Origin: Candidatus Nanohaloarchaea archaeon
GTDB lineage: Archaea > Nanohalarchaeota > Nanosalinia > Nanosalinales > Nanosalinaceae
Assembly (NCBI GenBank): GCA_013343275.1
Contig: CP046106.1
Coordinates: 544,001 to 608,000, forward strand
Direction: 5' to 3'
Length of the DNA stretch: 64,000 nt
Position 1 is the stretch's first letter. Each line of letters starts with the position of its first letter. Shown here in pieces: positions 44,238-53,464 of this stretch. Made by a program: the position numbers and the translations under genes. The notes beneath the pieces are model-generated. The model did not search any database. It saw only the letters and a program-made list of their open reading frames with translations, and was not told the DNA's origin.

Positions 44238-45441
44238 GAAGTACCACCTTGCAGCGACTTTTCTACTGGTATTCGCCATAGTTACTGTTCAGGCAGTAGG
44301 CCAGACAGCCAGTGTAAAAACCGAGACTCCAAACACTACTTCAAATGAAACCAATACAAGCGAAAAGGCCTACGACCTTACCGGATACCAGGGGATCAGA
44401 CTTTACGAAGAAAACAGGACCATCTATCTGGATTCGATAGGCCTCAAGCAGAAGATAGGTTTGATGACGGAAACCTGGAGGCTTAACAGTGGAAGAATCA
44501 GTCAGGATGATGTAATGGGTGGTTTCCATCTCGGAGGCCTTGGTTCACGGGAGTCAACTATGGAGGTTATACATAACTACAGTCAGGGCCGGCCGATTGA
44601 ACCACTTGTCTCTATGGATATGGAGGGCTGTGGAAACCCTATATCAGGCTTCATGAAAAGCAAGTCCCTGGATGAGATCAAAAATGTTTCTTCAGCCCGT
44701 AGACTTGGTGAGAAGCACGGCAGCCATCTCAGGAAAATAGGTGTAGACATCAACTACGCCCCCGTCCTAGATGTTAACGATACGATATGGAAATGCCGGA
44801 GTTTTGAAGGAGACTACAGAGAAACCGCGGAGAAAGGATGTGCATACATAAGAGGTCTTCAGAGCGAGGGAGTAATGGCTACCGCCAAACACTTCCCAGG
44901 AGAGACCTTGACAGGCAAGGATCCTCATAACAAGATAAAACACGTCAACCTCACAAAGGAAGACACCTACCCCTTCAGGAAGGCCGTTGAATGCAACGTC
45001 TCCGCCATCATGATATCACACCAGATAACTACCGGCGTGATAGACTCAAACGGCAAGCCTGCCTCAGTCTCCAGAAACGTAGTGAGAACCCTGAGAGAAG
45101 AATACGGATTCAAAGGCCTTATAGTCACAGATGCTATCAACATGGGCGGTATTGACAAGTACTACGAGAGCGAGAAGAAAAAATATCTTGCGCTCTTCAG
45201 GGCCGGTAACGACTTCATCCTGAATCTGGCTGGCAACGAGCAAGACAAGAAAGAGATGGTAAAGTTTGTCGCTCAGGCAGTTAGATCAGGAAAACTGGAT
45301 AAAAGCAAGATAGATAGATCAGTAACCCGGCTTCTGAACGCTAGAGGCTGGACAGTAGTTACAGAGGACGATAACAGAACCAGAGTTTACCGGCCCGGAA
45401 GACTGCCTGGCCCAACCAACATCAACAGTTTAAAAGAGTAG
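44230..45441 (+). CDS. Secreted glycoside hydrolase family 3 (NagZ-like beta-N-acetylhexosaminidase)
   Basis: Signal peptide; D-x-EG, APVLDV, RSF, KHFPG-x6-DPH, LR-x-x-x-GF-x-G-x-IVTD-x-x-x-M. Confidence 0.85.
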   Translation: MDKKYHLAATFLLVFAIVTVQAVGQTASVKTETPNTTSNETNTSEKAYDLTGYQGIRLYEENRTIYLDSIGLKQKIGLMTETWRLNSGRISQDDVMGGFHLGGLGSRESTMEVIHNYSQGRPIEPLVSMDMEGCGNPISGFMKSKSLDEIKNVSSARRLGEKHGSHLRKIGVDINYAPVLDVNDTIWKCRSFEGDYRETAEKGCAYIRGLQSEGVMATAKHFPGETLTGKDPHNKIKHVNLTKEDTYPFRKAVECNVSAIMISHQITTGVIDSNGKPASVSRNVVRTLREEYGFKGLIVTDAINMGGIDKYYESEKKKYLALFRAGNDFILNLAGNEQDKKEMVKFVAQAVRSGKLDKSKIDRSVTRLLNARGWTVVTEDDNRTRVYRPGRLPGPTNINSLKE

Positions 45442-45462
45442 GACTTTATCTGATAGTTAGAG

Positions 45463-45537
45463 AGCGGGGTGGAGCAGCCAGGAGTGCTCGTCGGGCTCAT
45501 AACCCGGAGGTCCGTGGTTCAAATCCACGCCCCGCTA
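45463..45537 (+). tRNA. tRNA-Met(CAT), initiator type
   Basis: A1-U72 acceptor AGCGGGG/CCCCGCT, GGG/CCC in the anticodon stem, loop CTCATAA, TTCAAAT. Confidence 0.93.
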
Positions 45538-45830
45538 TCAAACCCGCATATCAAACTTGCTTGAAATTCTCTCTACCTAGGATCAGAGCATTCTACAAAA
45601 CTACATAGACTCTTCGACATCAAATTAACCGCCCAGATATCTAGCAATAATTCAGAATTAGTCTTTCAGGCTGGAAGATCTATTACCAGCTTTTTAGCTA
45701 ATTTGAAGGTGCCGTGAACAGTCCCTATTTCCGGCTGGAAGAGTCGTTAATTTAAATAAGGTTGTTGAGGATTGTATACTTACGTGGGGGCGTAGGGGTA
45801 GATGGTACCAGACAGGTGTAAAAACAGCAA

Positions 45831-46187
45831 ATGCAGAAACTTGGAAACATACTGATCAATGTAATGCAGGAACTTTCGAGAACCTCCACAAACGGAGAGG
45901 CTCATATAGAGGTAAACAGCACTGTCTGCAGCCCTGAAGAGTTTGAGACATTATTCGGCTACTTTACCCGCGGAACAATTCTTGAGAGGATCGACCTGGA
46001 CGTGGAGAAAATTGATCCTGTTGTAACATGTGGTTGTGGATTTACCGAGAAAGCAGATGAAGGCCACGATGGATACACTAAATGCCCGGAATGCGGCAGA
46101 TTCGCCGAGATCAGAGACCCAACATACAACATTGTGAAGCCTAACCCCGAGACTAATGGGGAAAGACAAAGCATCCGCTTCTCGTAA
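45831..46187 (+). CDS. HypA-like zinc-binding protein (degenerate)
   Basis: F-x-x-x-x-RGTILE...C-x-CG...CPECG, resembling the HypA core but lacking the N-terminal MHE motif. Confidence 0.5.
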   Translation: MQKLGNILINVMQELSRTSTNGEAHIEVNSTVCSPEEFETLFGYFTRGTILERIDLDVEKIDPVVTCGCGFTEKADEGHDGYTKCPECGRFAEIRDPTYNIVKPNPETNGERQSIRFS

Positions 46188-46275
46188 AAATATATTCAAA
46201 AAGTTTCCAGCAAATTCTAAATTTAACCGAAAGTGTGAAGGCCAGAAACTCTCTGGTCTTCGACAGACTCTTTAT

Positions 46276-46358
46276 GCCGGGGTAGCCAAGTGGCCAAAGG
46301 CGATGGACTCAAGATCCATTCCCGCAGGGGTTCGCAAGTTCAAATCTTGTCCCCGGCA
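46276..46358 (+). tRNA. tRNA-Leu(CAA)
   Basis: GCCGGGG/CCCCGGC acceptor, ATGGA-CTCAAGA-TCCAT, long variable arm, TTCAAAT. Confidence 0.94.
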
Positions 46359-46445
46359 ATCCTTATCTAAGGCAGTTTCAATAGAAATATTAAGACATTT
46401 TAGATGCTTTTTTCTAAGAGAAGAAACGGTTAGAAGACCTGTATC

Positions 46446-46880
46446 CTATTTCAGATCTGAAAGCTCGTTTTGAAGGTTATCAAGCTCGCTTCTCAGCTCT
46501 TCTATCGAGTTATCCATCTCCGGGTTCTGAGCGGAGTCGATATCTAGGTTCTGGTCAAGGTTAGCGGTACTGTTTGCCTCCATCTGCTGATTATTCTGTG
46601 GAGAGGAAGTCTGCGCGCTCTGGCGGTCGTTAAGTTCTTCTTCAGGCATGTTATCCTCTAACTCAGGCATCTGGCCTGCTACTTCGCCCAGCTCGTTGTT
46701 CAGGCGTTCTATATTATCATTTACCGTATCTATTGCAGTCTGCTTCACCTGTCTGACCTGTCTAAGGACCTCCATTGCCTCTTCAATATTGGAAATCGTA
46801 TCCTCTACCGAGTCCAGGTCATTGAGAAGTTCTCTGTATCCATCCAGTTTGACGTAAAGCTGGTCCTGTTCGGAGTCCAT
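46446..46880 (-). CDS. Hypothetical coiled-coil protein
   Basis: Heptad-rich acidic 144-aa ORF. Confidence 0.65.
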   Translation of the reverse strand: MDSEQDQLYVKLDGYRELLNDLDSVEDTISNIEEAMEVLRQVRQVKQTAIDTVNDNIERLNNELGEVAGQMPELEDNMPEEELNDRQSAQTSSPQNNQQMEANSTANLDQNLDIDSAQNPEMDNSIEELRSELDNLQNELSDLK

Positions 46881-46967
46881 AATGGTACAGTGGAGAAAGC
46901 TGCTTATTAAAAATACTGATCAACCCAATCGCGAAAATCGGCAAGTCCTGTAAGGGATAAAAACAGG

Positions 46968-47040
46968 GCTCAGAGGTGTTCAGTTGTCATCAACCCTCTG
47001 TTCGAGGTTCAGACGATGTCGAAAAATTCCTCATCATCGC
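46968..47040 (-). ncRNA. Candidate C/D-box guide sRNA
   Basis: Minus strand: ATGATGA (C) -18 nt- CTGA (D') -hairpin- TTGATGA (C') -13 nt- CTGA (D); TTATTAAA about 30 nt upstream. Confidence 0.55.
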
Positions 47041-47099
47041 ACAGGTCAAAGATAACCCTCCGAATTTAATAAGGTCTTTCTAGAGAAAACATTGAGTAA

Positions 47100-47678
47100 A
47101 TGGACAGGAAACAGTTGGCGTACCGAATCTCCCAGATCTTCCACCCTGCTGTAATCGAGACACCTGCAGCAATCACTGCCCTCTACATGTATGGCCTTAC
47201 AGCAGGAGAAATACTTTACTTCGCAGTCATCCCTATAGCAACTTTAACGGCAGTACTGTACGCACTCCTCCGGATTCCAAGGTATAGAGGCCTCGATATG
47301 GATATCCAGAAGGACCGCCATATCATGTATCCCCCGGCAATACTGCTTCTGTCGATTTTCGCAGCTCTAACCAGTCTACTCAACGGCCCGGAGATTATAG
47401 TTTCACTCTATCCCGGAATGGTTGGCGTGGCTGTCGTTAACTTCCTGGTTAATAGAGAGGTGAAGATAAGCCTGCATACAACAGGCATGGGAGTGCTTAC
47501 AGCTATCTTCACAGGCATCTTCGGAATGCTAGGCCTCGCCTTTTTCCTTGCCTCTGTCTTCGTAGGCTGGTCGCGTATAATGCTGAGAAGGCATACCTTG
47601 ACCGAGGCCATGCTCGGTTTCTTCGTGTCGTACAGCCTGGTTTTGAGTTCTCTGCTTGTGTGGATGGGAAGCGCATAA
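47100..47678 (+). CDS. PAP2-like membrane protein
   Basis: Multiple TMs, KISLH and SR-x-x-L-x-x-HT-x-x-E-x-x-x-G motifs. Confidence 0.65.
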   Translation: MDRKQLAYRISQIFHPAVIETPAAITALYMYGLTAGEILYFAVIPIATLTAVLYALLRIPRYRGLDMDIQKDRHIMYPPAILLLSIFAALTSLLNGPEIIVSLYPGMVGVAVVNFLVNREVKISLHTTGMGVLTAIFTGIFGMLGLAFFLASVFVGWSRIMLRRHTLTEAMLGFFVSYSLVLSSLLVWMGSA

Positions 47679-47715
47679 AAAATTCATCGGAGAAACTCTG
47701 TAGTGTTGATATAAA

Positions 47716-49026
47716 ATGATTGAAAGAACCTACACCAACAAAGTTACAGCCGATCAGGACGGCGAGACAGTCGCTGTTTCCGGATGGGCTCACGAGATCC
47801 GCGATCTCGGAGGAATAACCTTCGTAGTTCTGCGGGACAGAAAAGGCCAGATACAGCTAACATTCAAGGAAGACGAAGACGAAGAACTTTTCGAAAATGC
47901 ACAGAATATAGGTAAAGAAGACGTTATCTGGGCCAAAGGTGTAGTACAGGCGAACGAACAGGCTCCTGGCGACAGAGAGCTTCACCCTGAAGAACTGAAG
48001 ATTATTGGAGAGGCTGAATCTCCTCTGCCTATGGATATCTCCAGCGAAGTCGAATCAGAGATGTCCACCAGACTTGACAACAGATTCATGGATCTCAGAA
48101 GGCCTGAGAAGCATGCAATCTTCTCACTTAGATCCCATCTCCTAGATGCGATGGAGGACTGGTTCGATGAGAACGAATACATCAACATCCAGACGCCTAA
48201 TATTGCAAAAATGGGTGCAGAAGGAGGAGCAGAGCTCTTCCCTGTAGTATACTATGGTGAAGAGGCTTTCCTTTCCCAGAGCCCTCAGCTTTACAAGCAG
48301 ATGCTGATGGCAGCAGGATTCGACAAGGTCTACGAGACAGGCACCGCTTTCAGAGCTGAAGAGTTCGCAACTTCACGCCACCTCTCAGAAATCTCCATGT
48401 TCGATGTTGAGCTGGCATTTATCGACAGCCAGGAAGATGTAATGGATGTGCTAGAGGAATCTCTGCGGCATACACTGCAGGAAGTCGAGAAAGAAGCCGC
48501 CTCCGAACTGGAAACTCTCGGAGTAGATCTTGAAGTACCGGAAGATGACTTCCCGAGAATCAGCTTCGAGAAGGCCCGCGAAATCCTGAAGGAAGAGTAC
48601 GATCACGTACCAGAGGACGAAGGAGATCTCGACACCAAGGGAGAGAAGCTTCTCGGAGAGTACTTCGAGGAACAGGGTCATCCTGCGTTCTTCGTAATAG
48701 GTTATCCTGGCGAGAAATTCTACTACATGGAGGCCCGTGAAGGCGATGAGTACGGATCCAGACGGTTCGACCTGATCTACAAAGGCCTTGAGCTCGCATC
48801 AGGAGGTCAGAGAGAGCATGACATGGACCGACTAATGGCCGCGATCGAGGAGGAAGGTATCGATCCCGACGACATAAGCTTCTATCTGGAGTCTTTCAAG
48901 TTCGGAATGCCTCCACACGGTGGATACGGCCTTGGAATCGACAGGCTTGTCAAGCAGGTCGCAGAACTTGACAACGTCAAGGAAGCAATCCTGTTCCCAA
49001 GGACACCAGAACGGTTAACACCGTAA
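47716..49026 (+). CDS. aspS: Aspartate--tRNA ligase, archaeal type, probably non-discriminating
   Basis: GWAHE-x-RDLG, RLDNR-x-x-DLR, QSPQLYKQ, FRAE, GMPPHGG-x-G-x-G-x-DR; His in GWAH and Pro in QAPG match the ND signature. Confidence 0.93.
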   Translation: MIERTYTNKVTADQDGETVAVSGWAHEIRDLGGITFVVLRDRKGQIQLTFKEDEDEELFENAQNIGKEDVIWAKGVVQANEQAPGDRELHPEELKIIGEAESPLPMDISSEVESEMSTRLDNRFMDLRRPEKHAIFSLRSHLLDAMEDWFDENEYINIQTPNIAKMGAEGGAELFPVVYYGEEAFLSQSPQLYKQMLMAAGFDKVYETGTAFRAEEFATSRHLSEISMFDVELAFIDSQEDVMDVLEESLRHTLQEVEKEAASELETLGVDLEVPEDDFPRISFEKAREILKEEYDHVPEDEGDLDTKGEKLLGEYFEEQGHPAFFVIGYPGEKFYYMEAREGDEYGSRRFDLIYKGLELASGGQREHDMDRLMAAIEEEGIDPDDISFYLESFKFGMPPHGGYGLGIDRLVKQVAELDNVKEAILFPRTPERLTP

Positions 49027-49101
49027 AGACCTCCATTTTTCCTCCTTCTCATTTCTACACCGCACTTTTTAATCAAGTAAGACGCACAAAAATGTATTGT
49101 T

Positions 49102-51645
49102 ATGGCCGCAGAAACAGAAACCGTGCAGAAAGAAGATGAAGGCAGGAAGGCCCAGACAAAGATCAACAAGGTCACCTGTAAAGGATTCAAGAGCTTCCAG
49201 AGAAAAACCTCAATACCGTTCTATAAAGGCCTTACAGCTGTTGTAGGGGAGAACGGTAACGGCAAGTCGAATATTCTGGATGCGATCAGTTTTGTTTTCG
49301 GCAAGAGGTCTTCTCAGCTCCGTGCAGAAAAGCTTGAGCAGCTGATTTTCAACGGTGGAGATAACCGTAAGGCCGCAGATCATGCTCATGTAACAGTTTA
49401 CCTGGACAATACCTCCGGAGTTTTCGATGAGTTTATCGAGGATGAAGAAGAGGGAAGCCCTGACGAAGTTACTGTAGGTCGCAAAATTACCCGTGCAGGT
49501 TCCTCCATGTACAAGTTCCAGGGCACTAACTGCAAGAGAAGCAAGATTGACGAATTATCTCGGAAGGCTGGTATCGATCCGGATGGATATCACTTTGTCA
49601 GGCAGGGCCAGATCACGGAGATCGTTGAGCAGAGCCCGACTGAGAGAAGGAAGATTATCGACGAGCTTTCCGGCGTGGCAGAGTTCGATGAGAAAAAGGA
49701 TGAGGCGATGGAGGAGCTTGAAGAGGTCGAGCAGAAGCTTCAGGAGCAGGAGATACTGCTTGATGAGAAAAAAGAATACTTGGAAAGTCTTGAAGATCAG
49801 AAAGATGCGGCGATAAAGTACAGGGAGCTCGATGAGCGGAAGGACAAGCTGCAGGCCTCTATCCTGGAGGTCCGTAAGAGAGCACTGTCTAACCAGCTGG
49901 CGAATATTAATACCGATACAGATGAGAAGAAGGAGAGGATTGAAGAACTGGAGGAAGAGCTGGAGGAGATAGATGAGGAGATCGATGAGAAACAGGCCCG
50001 TATAGAGGAGATCGAGGAGAGTCAAGGCGGTAATAATGATATTCAGCACCTTCAGAACAGGATTGAGAAGAAGGAGGGTAAGATCGAGAACAAGCGTGAT
50101 AAGGTCAAGGACCTGGAAGAGACGATCAAGGAGTTGGAGCGTATGCAGAACAACCGCAGCACAGGCTCCAAGGCAGTTGACGCAGTACTGAACATGGATA
50201 ACGATTCTGTCAACGGCATGTTCCAGGACCTTATCTCATACGAAGACCGATTCTCTACAGCCATCCAGACTGCGGCAGGAGGCCACATGAACGACGTCGT
50301 TGTGGAAGATAAGCAGACCTCTGTTGACATGATTAACTACCTGAAACGTGAGAACATCGGCCGGGCCCGTTTCCTGCCTCTGGACAAGATCAAGGACCGA
50401 TCAAAGTCCGCAAAAAGCCAGATGGCGAAGAAGCGGAAAGGCGTAATCGGCTATGCATCCGAGCTTGTGGACAACGACTCCAAGTTCGACAAAGCTGTCA
50501 GCAACGTTTTCTCCGATACACTTATTGCCGAAGATCTGGACTCCGTGAAAGATATCGATGGTGTCCGCGTGGTTACTCTTGACGGCGACGTCATGAGCAG
50601 AGGAGGAGCAATGACAGGTGGTAAGAAGAAAAGAAGTCGTTCCAGTTCCAGCAGCTCTTCTTCCGGCCGACTTGATCCAAAGAAGAAAAAGAAGGAGAAG
50701 GAAGAACTTGAGGACGAGATAGAGGACCTGCAGAAAGATATTGCCGAACTGAAAAACATGAAGGAACGCAAAGAAGAGGAAGAAGAGACTGATGAAGAGC
50801 TTCGTGAGGAGAAAAAGCAGCTGCGCGAAGATCTTAACGAGTTGAGGGATGAAAGGCAGGAGAAGTACTCTGAGAAGCAGAAGCTGAAGAGCAAGATCGA
50901 CAGCGTAGGCCAGAAGAAAGCCAATCTGAAAGCCGAACTGGAGAATGTGAAGGAGGACCTTGAGGACTTTGAATACGATGAAGATGAGCTCTCTCTGGAG
51001 GCCTCTCCTGAGGACCTGAAGAAGAAAAAGAAGAAGATTGTACGGAAGCAGAACAATATGGGGCCTGTGAACATGCGAGCCATCGATGAGTACAAGGAGA
51101 AGAAGGAGGAGTTTGAGGAGTTCAAGGAGAAGGTATCTGAGATCAGGCAGGAGAAGCTTGAGATCGAGGACTGGATCGAGGAGATAGAGTCAGAGAAACG
51201 CGAGCGATTTATGGATACCCTGGAAGACGTGCAGGACAGCTTCGAGGAGATATTCCAGAAACTGTTTGAAGGTGGCGAAGGCAAACTGGTTCTGGAGGAC
51301 GACGATATCGAGAAAGGCCTCCAGTTCAAGGTCGCACCTCCGGGAAAGGATCCGCATATCATTTCATCGCTTTCCGGAGGAGAAAAGACCATGACCGCGA
51401 TCTCCTTCATCTTTGCGATCCTGGAGTACGAGGAAAGTCCTTTCTACATCATGGACGAGATCGACGCCGCGCTTGACAAGGACAACTCCCGCAAGCTTTC
51501 TGAATTACTGAAGGATTACGCAGAGGACAACCAGTTCATAGTCATCAGCCACAACGACATCACTGTACGGCACGCAGAGAGGGCCTACGGAGTTTCGATG
51601 CGGGACGGCGTTACAAAGATGCGGAGTATCGAACTGGATGCCTAG
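49102..51645 (+). CDS. smc: Chromosome segregation protein SMC (unusually short, 847 aa)
   Basis: GFKSF, GENGNGKSN Walker A, QG Q-loop, hinge (GRARFLPLDKI, VTLDGD-x-x-x-x-GGAMTGG), PVNMRAI, LSGGEK, DEIDAALD. Confidence 0.93.
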   Translation: MAAETETVQKEDEGRKAQTKINKVTCKGFKSFQRKTSIPFYKGLTAVVGENGNGKSNILDAISFVFGKRSSQLRAEKLEQLIFNGGDNRKAADHAHVTVYLDNTSGVFDEFIEDEEEGSPDEVTVGRKITRAGSSMYKFQGTNCKRSKIDELSRKAGIDPDGYHFVRQGQITEIVEQSPTERRKIIDELSGVAEFDEKKDEAMEELEEVEQKLQEQEILLDEKKEYLESLEDQKDAAIKYRELDERKDKLQASILEVRKRALSNQLANINTDTDEKKERIEELEEELEEIDEEIDEKQARIEEIEESQGGNNDIQHLQNRIEKKEGKIENKRDKVKDLEETIKELERMQNNRSTGSKAVDAVLNMDNDSVNGMFQDLISYEDRFSTAIQTAAGGHMNDVVVEDKQTSVDMINYLKRENIGRARFLPLDKIKDRSKSAKSQMAKKRKGVIGYASELVDNDSKFDKAVSNVFSDTLIAEDLDSVKDIDGVRVVTLDGDVMSRGGAMTGGKKKRSRSSSSSSSSGRLDPKKKKKEKEELEDEIEDLQKDIAELKNMKERKEEEEETDEELREEKKQLREDLNELRDERQEKYSEKQKLKSKIDSVGQKKANLKAELENVKEDLEDFEYDEDELSLEASPEDLKKKKKKIVRKQNNMGPVNMRAIDEYKEKKEEFEEFKEKVSEIRQEKLEIEDWIEEIESEKRERFMDTLEDVQDSFEEIFQKLFEGGEGKLVLEDDDIEKGLQFKVAPPGKDPHIISSLSGGEKTMTAISFIFAILEYEESPFYIMDEIDAALDKDNSRKLSELLKDYAEDNQFIVISHNDITVRHAERAYGVSMRDGVTKMRSIELDA

Positions 51646-52076
51646 CTTTTCTTGGAAGCAGTAACAGATAATGCAATTAATAGTGCAAGCAATACCAGAG
51701 AAAGAGCTACAGATATCTCGGCATTAGGACTTCCAGATACACTGGCCGGGCCAAGCCAGTCCTCAAGAACCCCTATAGTACTTCCTACTAGTGCCAGACC
51801 TATGAAGAGTTGAGGCCTTAACTCCCGGTTTTCCTTCAATATCTCTCCCGCTACTGATCCAACCAGAGAAACCATCAGCACCGTACTCAGGAAGGCTATT
51901 AGCTGTGCAGGTCCAGAAACAGGTATTATTTTAGAGAAGAAACCTGCCGCAAGGCCTGATACTGCTGCGGCAAAGGCTATAGATAGTAGAACTGCAAATA
52001 TTACCTGCAGCTTTCTCATTGCTCTGTGAGCTAGCTCGGCACCTTTTCTAACTCTTGGATCAATTTTCTTCGGCAT
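51642..52076 (-). CDS. Hypothetical membrane protein
   Basis: Four TM segments; ATG at 52076. Confidence 0.6.
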   Translation of the reverse strand: MPKKIDPRVRKGAELAHRAMRKLQVIFAVLLSIAFAAAVSGLAAGFFSKIIPVSGPAQLIAFLSTVLMVSLVGSVAGEILKENRELRPQLFIGLALVGSTIGVLEDWLGPASVSGSPNAEISVALSLVLLALLIALSVTASKKS

Positions 52077-52584
52077 GGGACTTGTGATGAACCAGTTCTC
52101 TTCTCTCCTGTTTATGTACAACGTAGAAAGCAGCCACCAGGACGACAAGTATCAGCGAGTAGGCTGCGCCGGCAAGCAATGCATCAGTTTTAGTCGCGTA
52201 CGCCTCAACCCTGTAGGTGATCAGACTTCGGACAACACCAATTATTGCGACATCAACGACCAGTGGTAGAACCGCAAGGCCCTCAAGATGCGCTACCGAA
52301 GTCCTGAAAACCTCGACTATCAGGAAGAGAAGCAGTGCTGTTTCAAGAATTCCTATAATATTTGAGGGGTTGAAAATTGCTCCCGACATCATAGTCTGGA
52401 AAAGCATGACTGCCAGATCAAACACAGCAAAAGCAAATAAAACCAGCAAAATATATGCTACACCTAGCTGAAGATAGTTCATACCTCTCTCAGAGATCTC
52501 TGCAAGCCGTCCAACCATATCAGAGGACTCTTCATGTGTCTTCTCCACTGTTTCCTCAACCATCTCCTCCTCAGCTTCACTCAT
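52060..52584 (-). CDS. PsiE-like (phosphate-starvation-inducible) membrane protein
   Basis: LLLFLIVEVFRT...AIIGVVR pattern, 4 TMs. Confidence 0.7.
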   Translation of the reverse strand: MSEAEEEMVEETVEKTHEESSDMVGRLAEISERGMNYLQLGVAYILLVLFAFAVFDLAVMLFQTMMSGAIFNPSNIIGILETALLLFLIVEVFRTSVAHLEGLAVLPLVVDVAIIGVVRSLITYRVEAYATKTDALLAGAAYSLILVVLVAAFYVVHKQERRELVHHKSHAEEN

Positions 52585-52707
52585 GGCAAAAAGATTAGCC
52601 TAACCAGAACTTAAATCTAAGGCCGCCAGTACCTGTTTATTTTAATGAGTTAGTACAAAAACTCAACACGGGGGCCAGATGAGGGGTAAACAGCAAGAGT
52701 TGTAATA

Positions 52708-53454
52708 ATGGATCAGTACGATATTCAGATGCTTGCAGAGCAGCCCTGGGAAGAAACACTTAACGCCTTGACAGCCGATATGCCTGCTGAGGAAGTAGAT
52801 ATATGTGTTCTAACAGACCGTTACAAGGAGTACATCGACCAGCTGCAGCAGTACGATCTTAAAGTACCGGCCCGCGCAATAAGAGTCTGCGCAGCGCTTC
52901 TAAAGATGAAAGCTACCGCAGTGTACTTTGAAGACGAAAACGAGCAGGAAGAGGAACCAATGGAAGATCCTATGGCCTTTGAAGATGAGGAAATGATGGA
53001 GGAGGATCAGGGCCGTGATCCTGATCTTGAGATGGGGCCTGAGCTTGATATGCCTGTTAAGGCGAAACCTAAGAGGCGTGTACAGCTTGAGGAGCTGAAG
53101 AGTTCTCTGCGTTCTGCGCTGGAGGTTAAAGAGCAGCGTGAGGAACGGCAGCAGGAAAGGGCCGAGATGGACGATGTCTTCGAGATGGATAAAGAGGATT
53201 TAACCAGCAAGATCGATTCTCTTTTCAACCGTATCAAAGGCATGATTTCAGAGGAGACCAAGGAAGAAGTCGAGTTCGAAAAGATCGTCGAATCAAATGA
53301 TACCGAGGAGAAGATCGAGAAGTTCAAACACATACTGCATCTTGAAAACGACAGGAAAGTAGATGTAATACAGGAAGAGTTCTTCGACGACCTCAAGGTG
53401 AGGCCGGAAGCTGAAAAACCTGGAAACGAGGACGAAAACTATGTTACAAACTAA
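52708..53454 (+). CDS. scpA: Segregation/condensation protein A (kleisin)
   Basis: VDI-x-x-LTDRY...A-x-LL-x-MK, R-x-V-x-L-x-EL, F-x-x-x-LHL...Q-x-x-FF; lies between smc and scpB. Confidence 0.85.
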   Translation: MDQYDIQMLAEQPWEETLNALTADMPAEEVDICVLTDRYKEYIDQLQQYDLKVPARAIRVCAALLKMKATAVYFEDENEQEEEPMEDPMAFEDEEMMEEDQGRDPDLEMGPELDMPVKAKPKRRVQLEELKSSLRSALEVKEQREERQQERAEMDDVFEMDKEDLTSKIDSLFNRIKGMISEETKEEVEFEKIVESNDTEEKIEKFKHILHLENDRKVDVIQEEFFDDLKVRPEAEKPGNEDENYVTN

Positions 53455-53464
53455 GTGATCAAAA

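Noticed and set aside
47679-47715. Looked for the sensor cassette upstream of aspS (also pheS at 33300-33338 and glyA at 62507-62570)
   Set aside because: No GGTGGAYGNTTT seen by eye; these genes appear not to carry the element
50451-51410. Long antisense ORFs (319 aa opposite smc; also 18215-18967, 25280-26014, 61726-62370)
   Set aside because: Ser/Phe/Leu-rich shadows of Glu/Lys-rich genes with biased codon usage; no protein motifs
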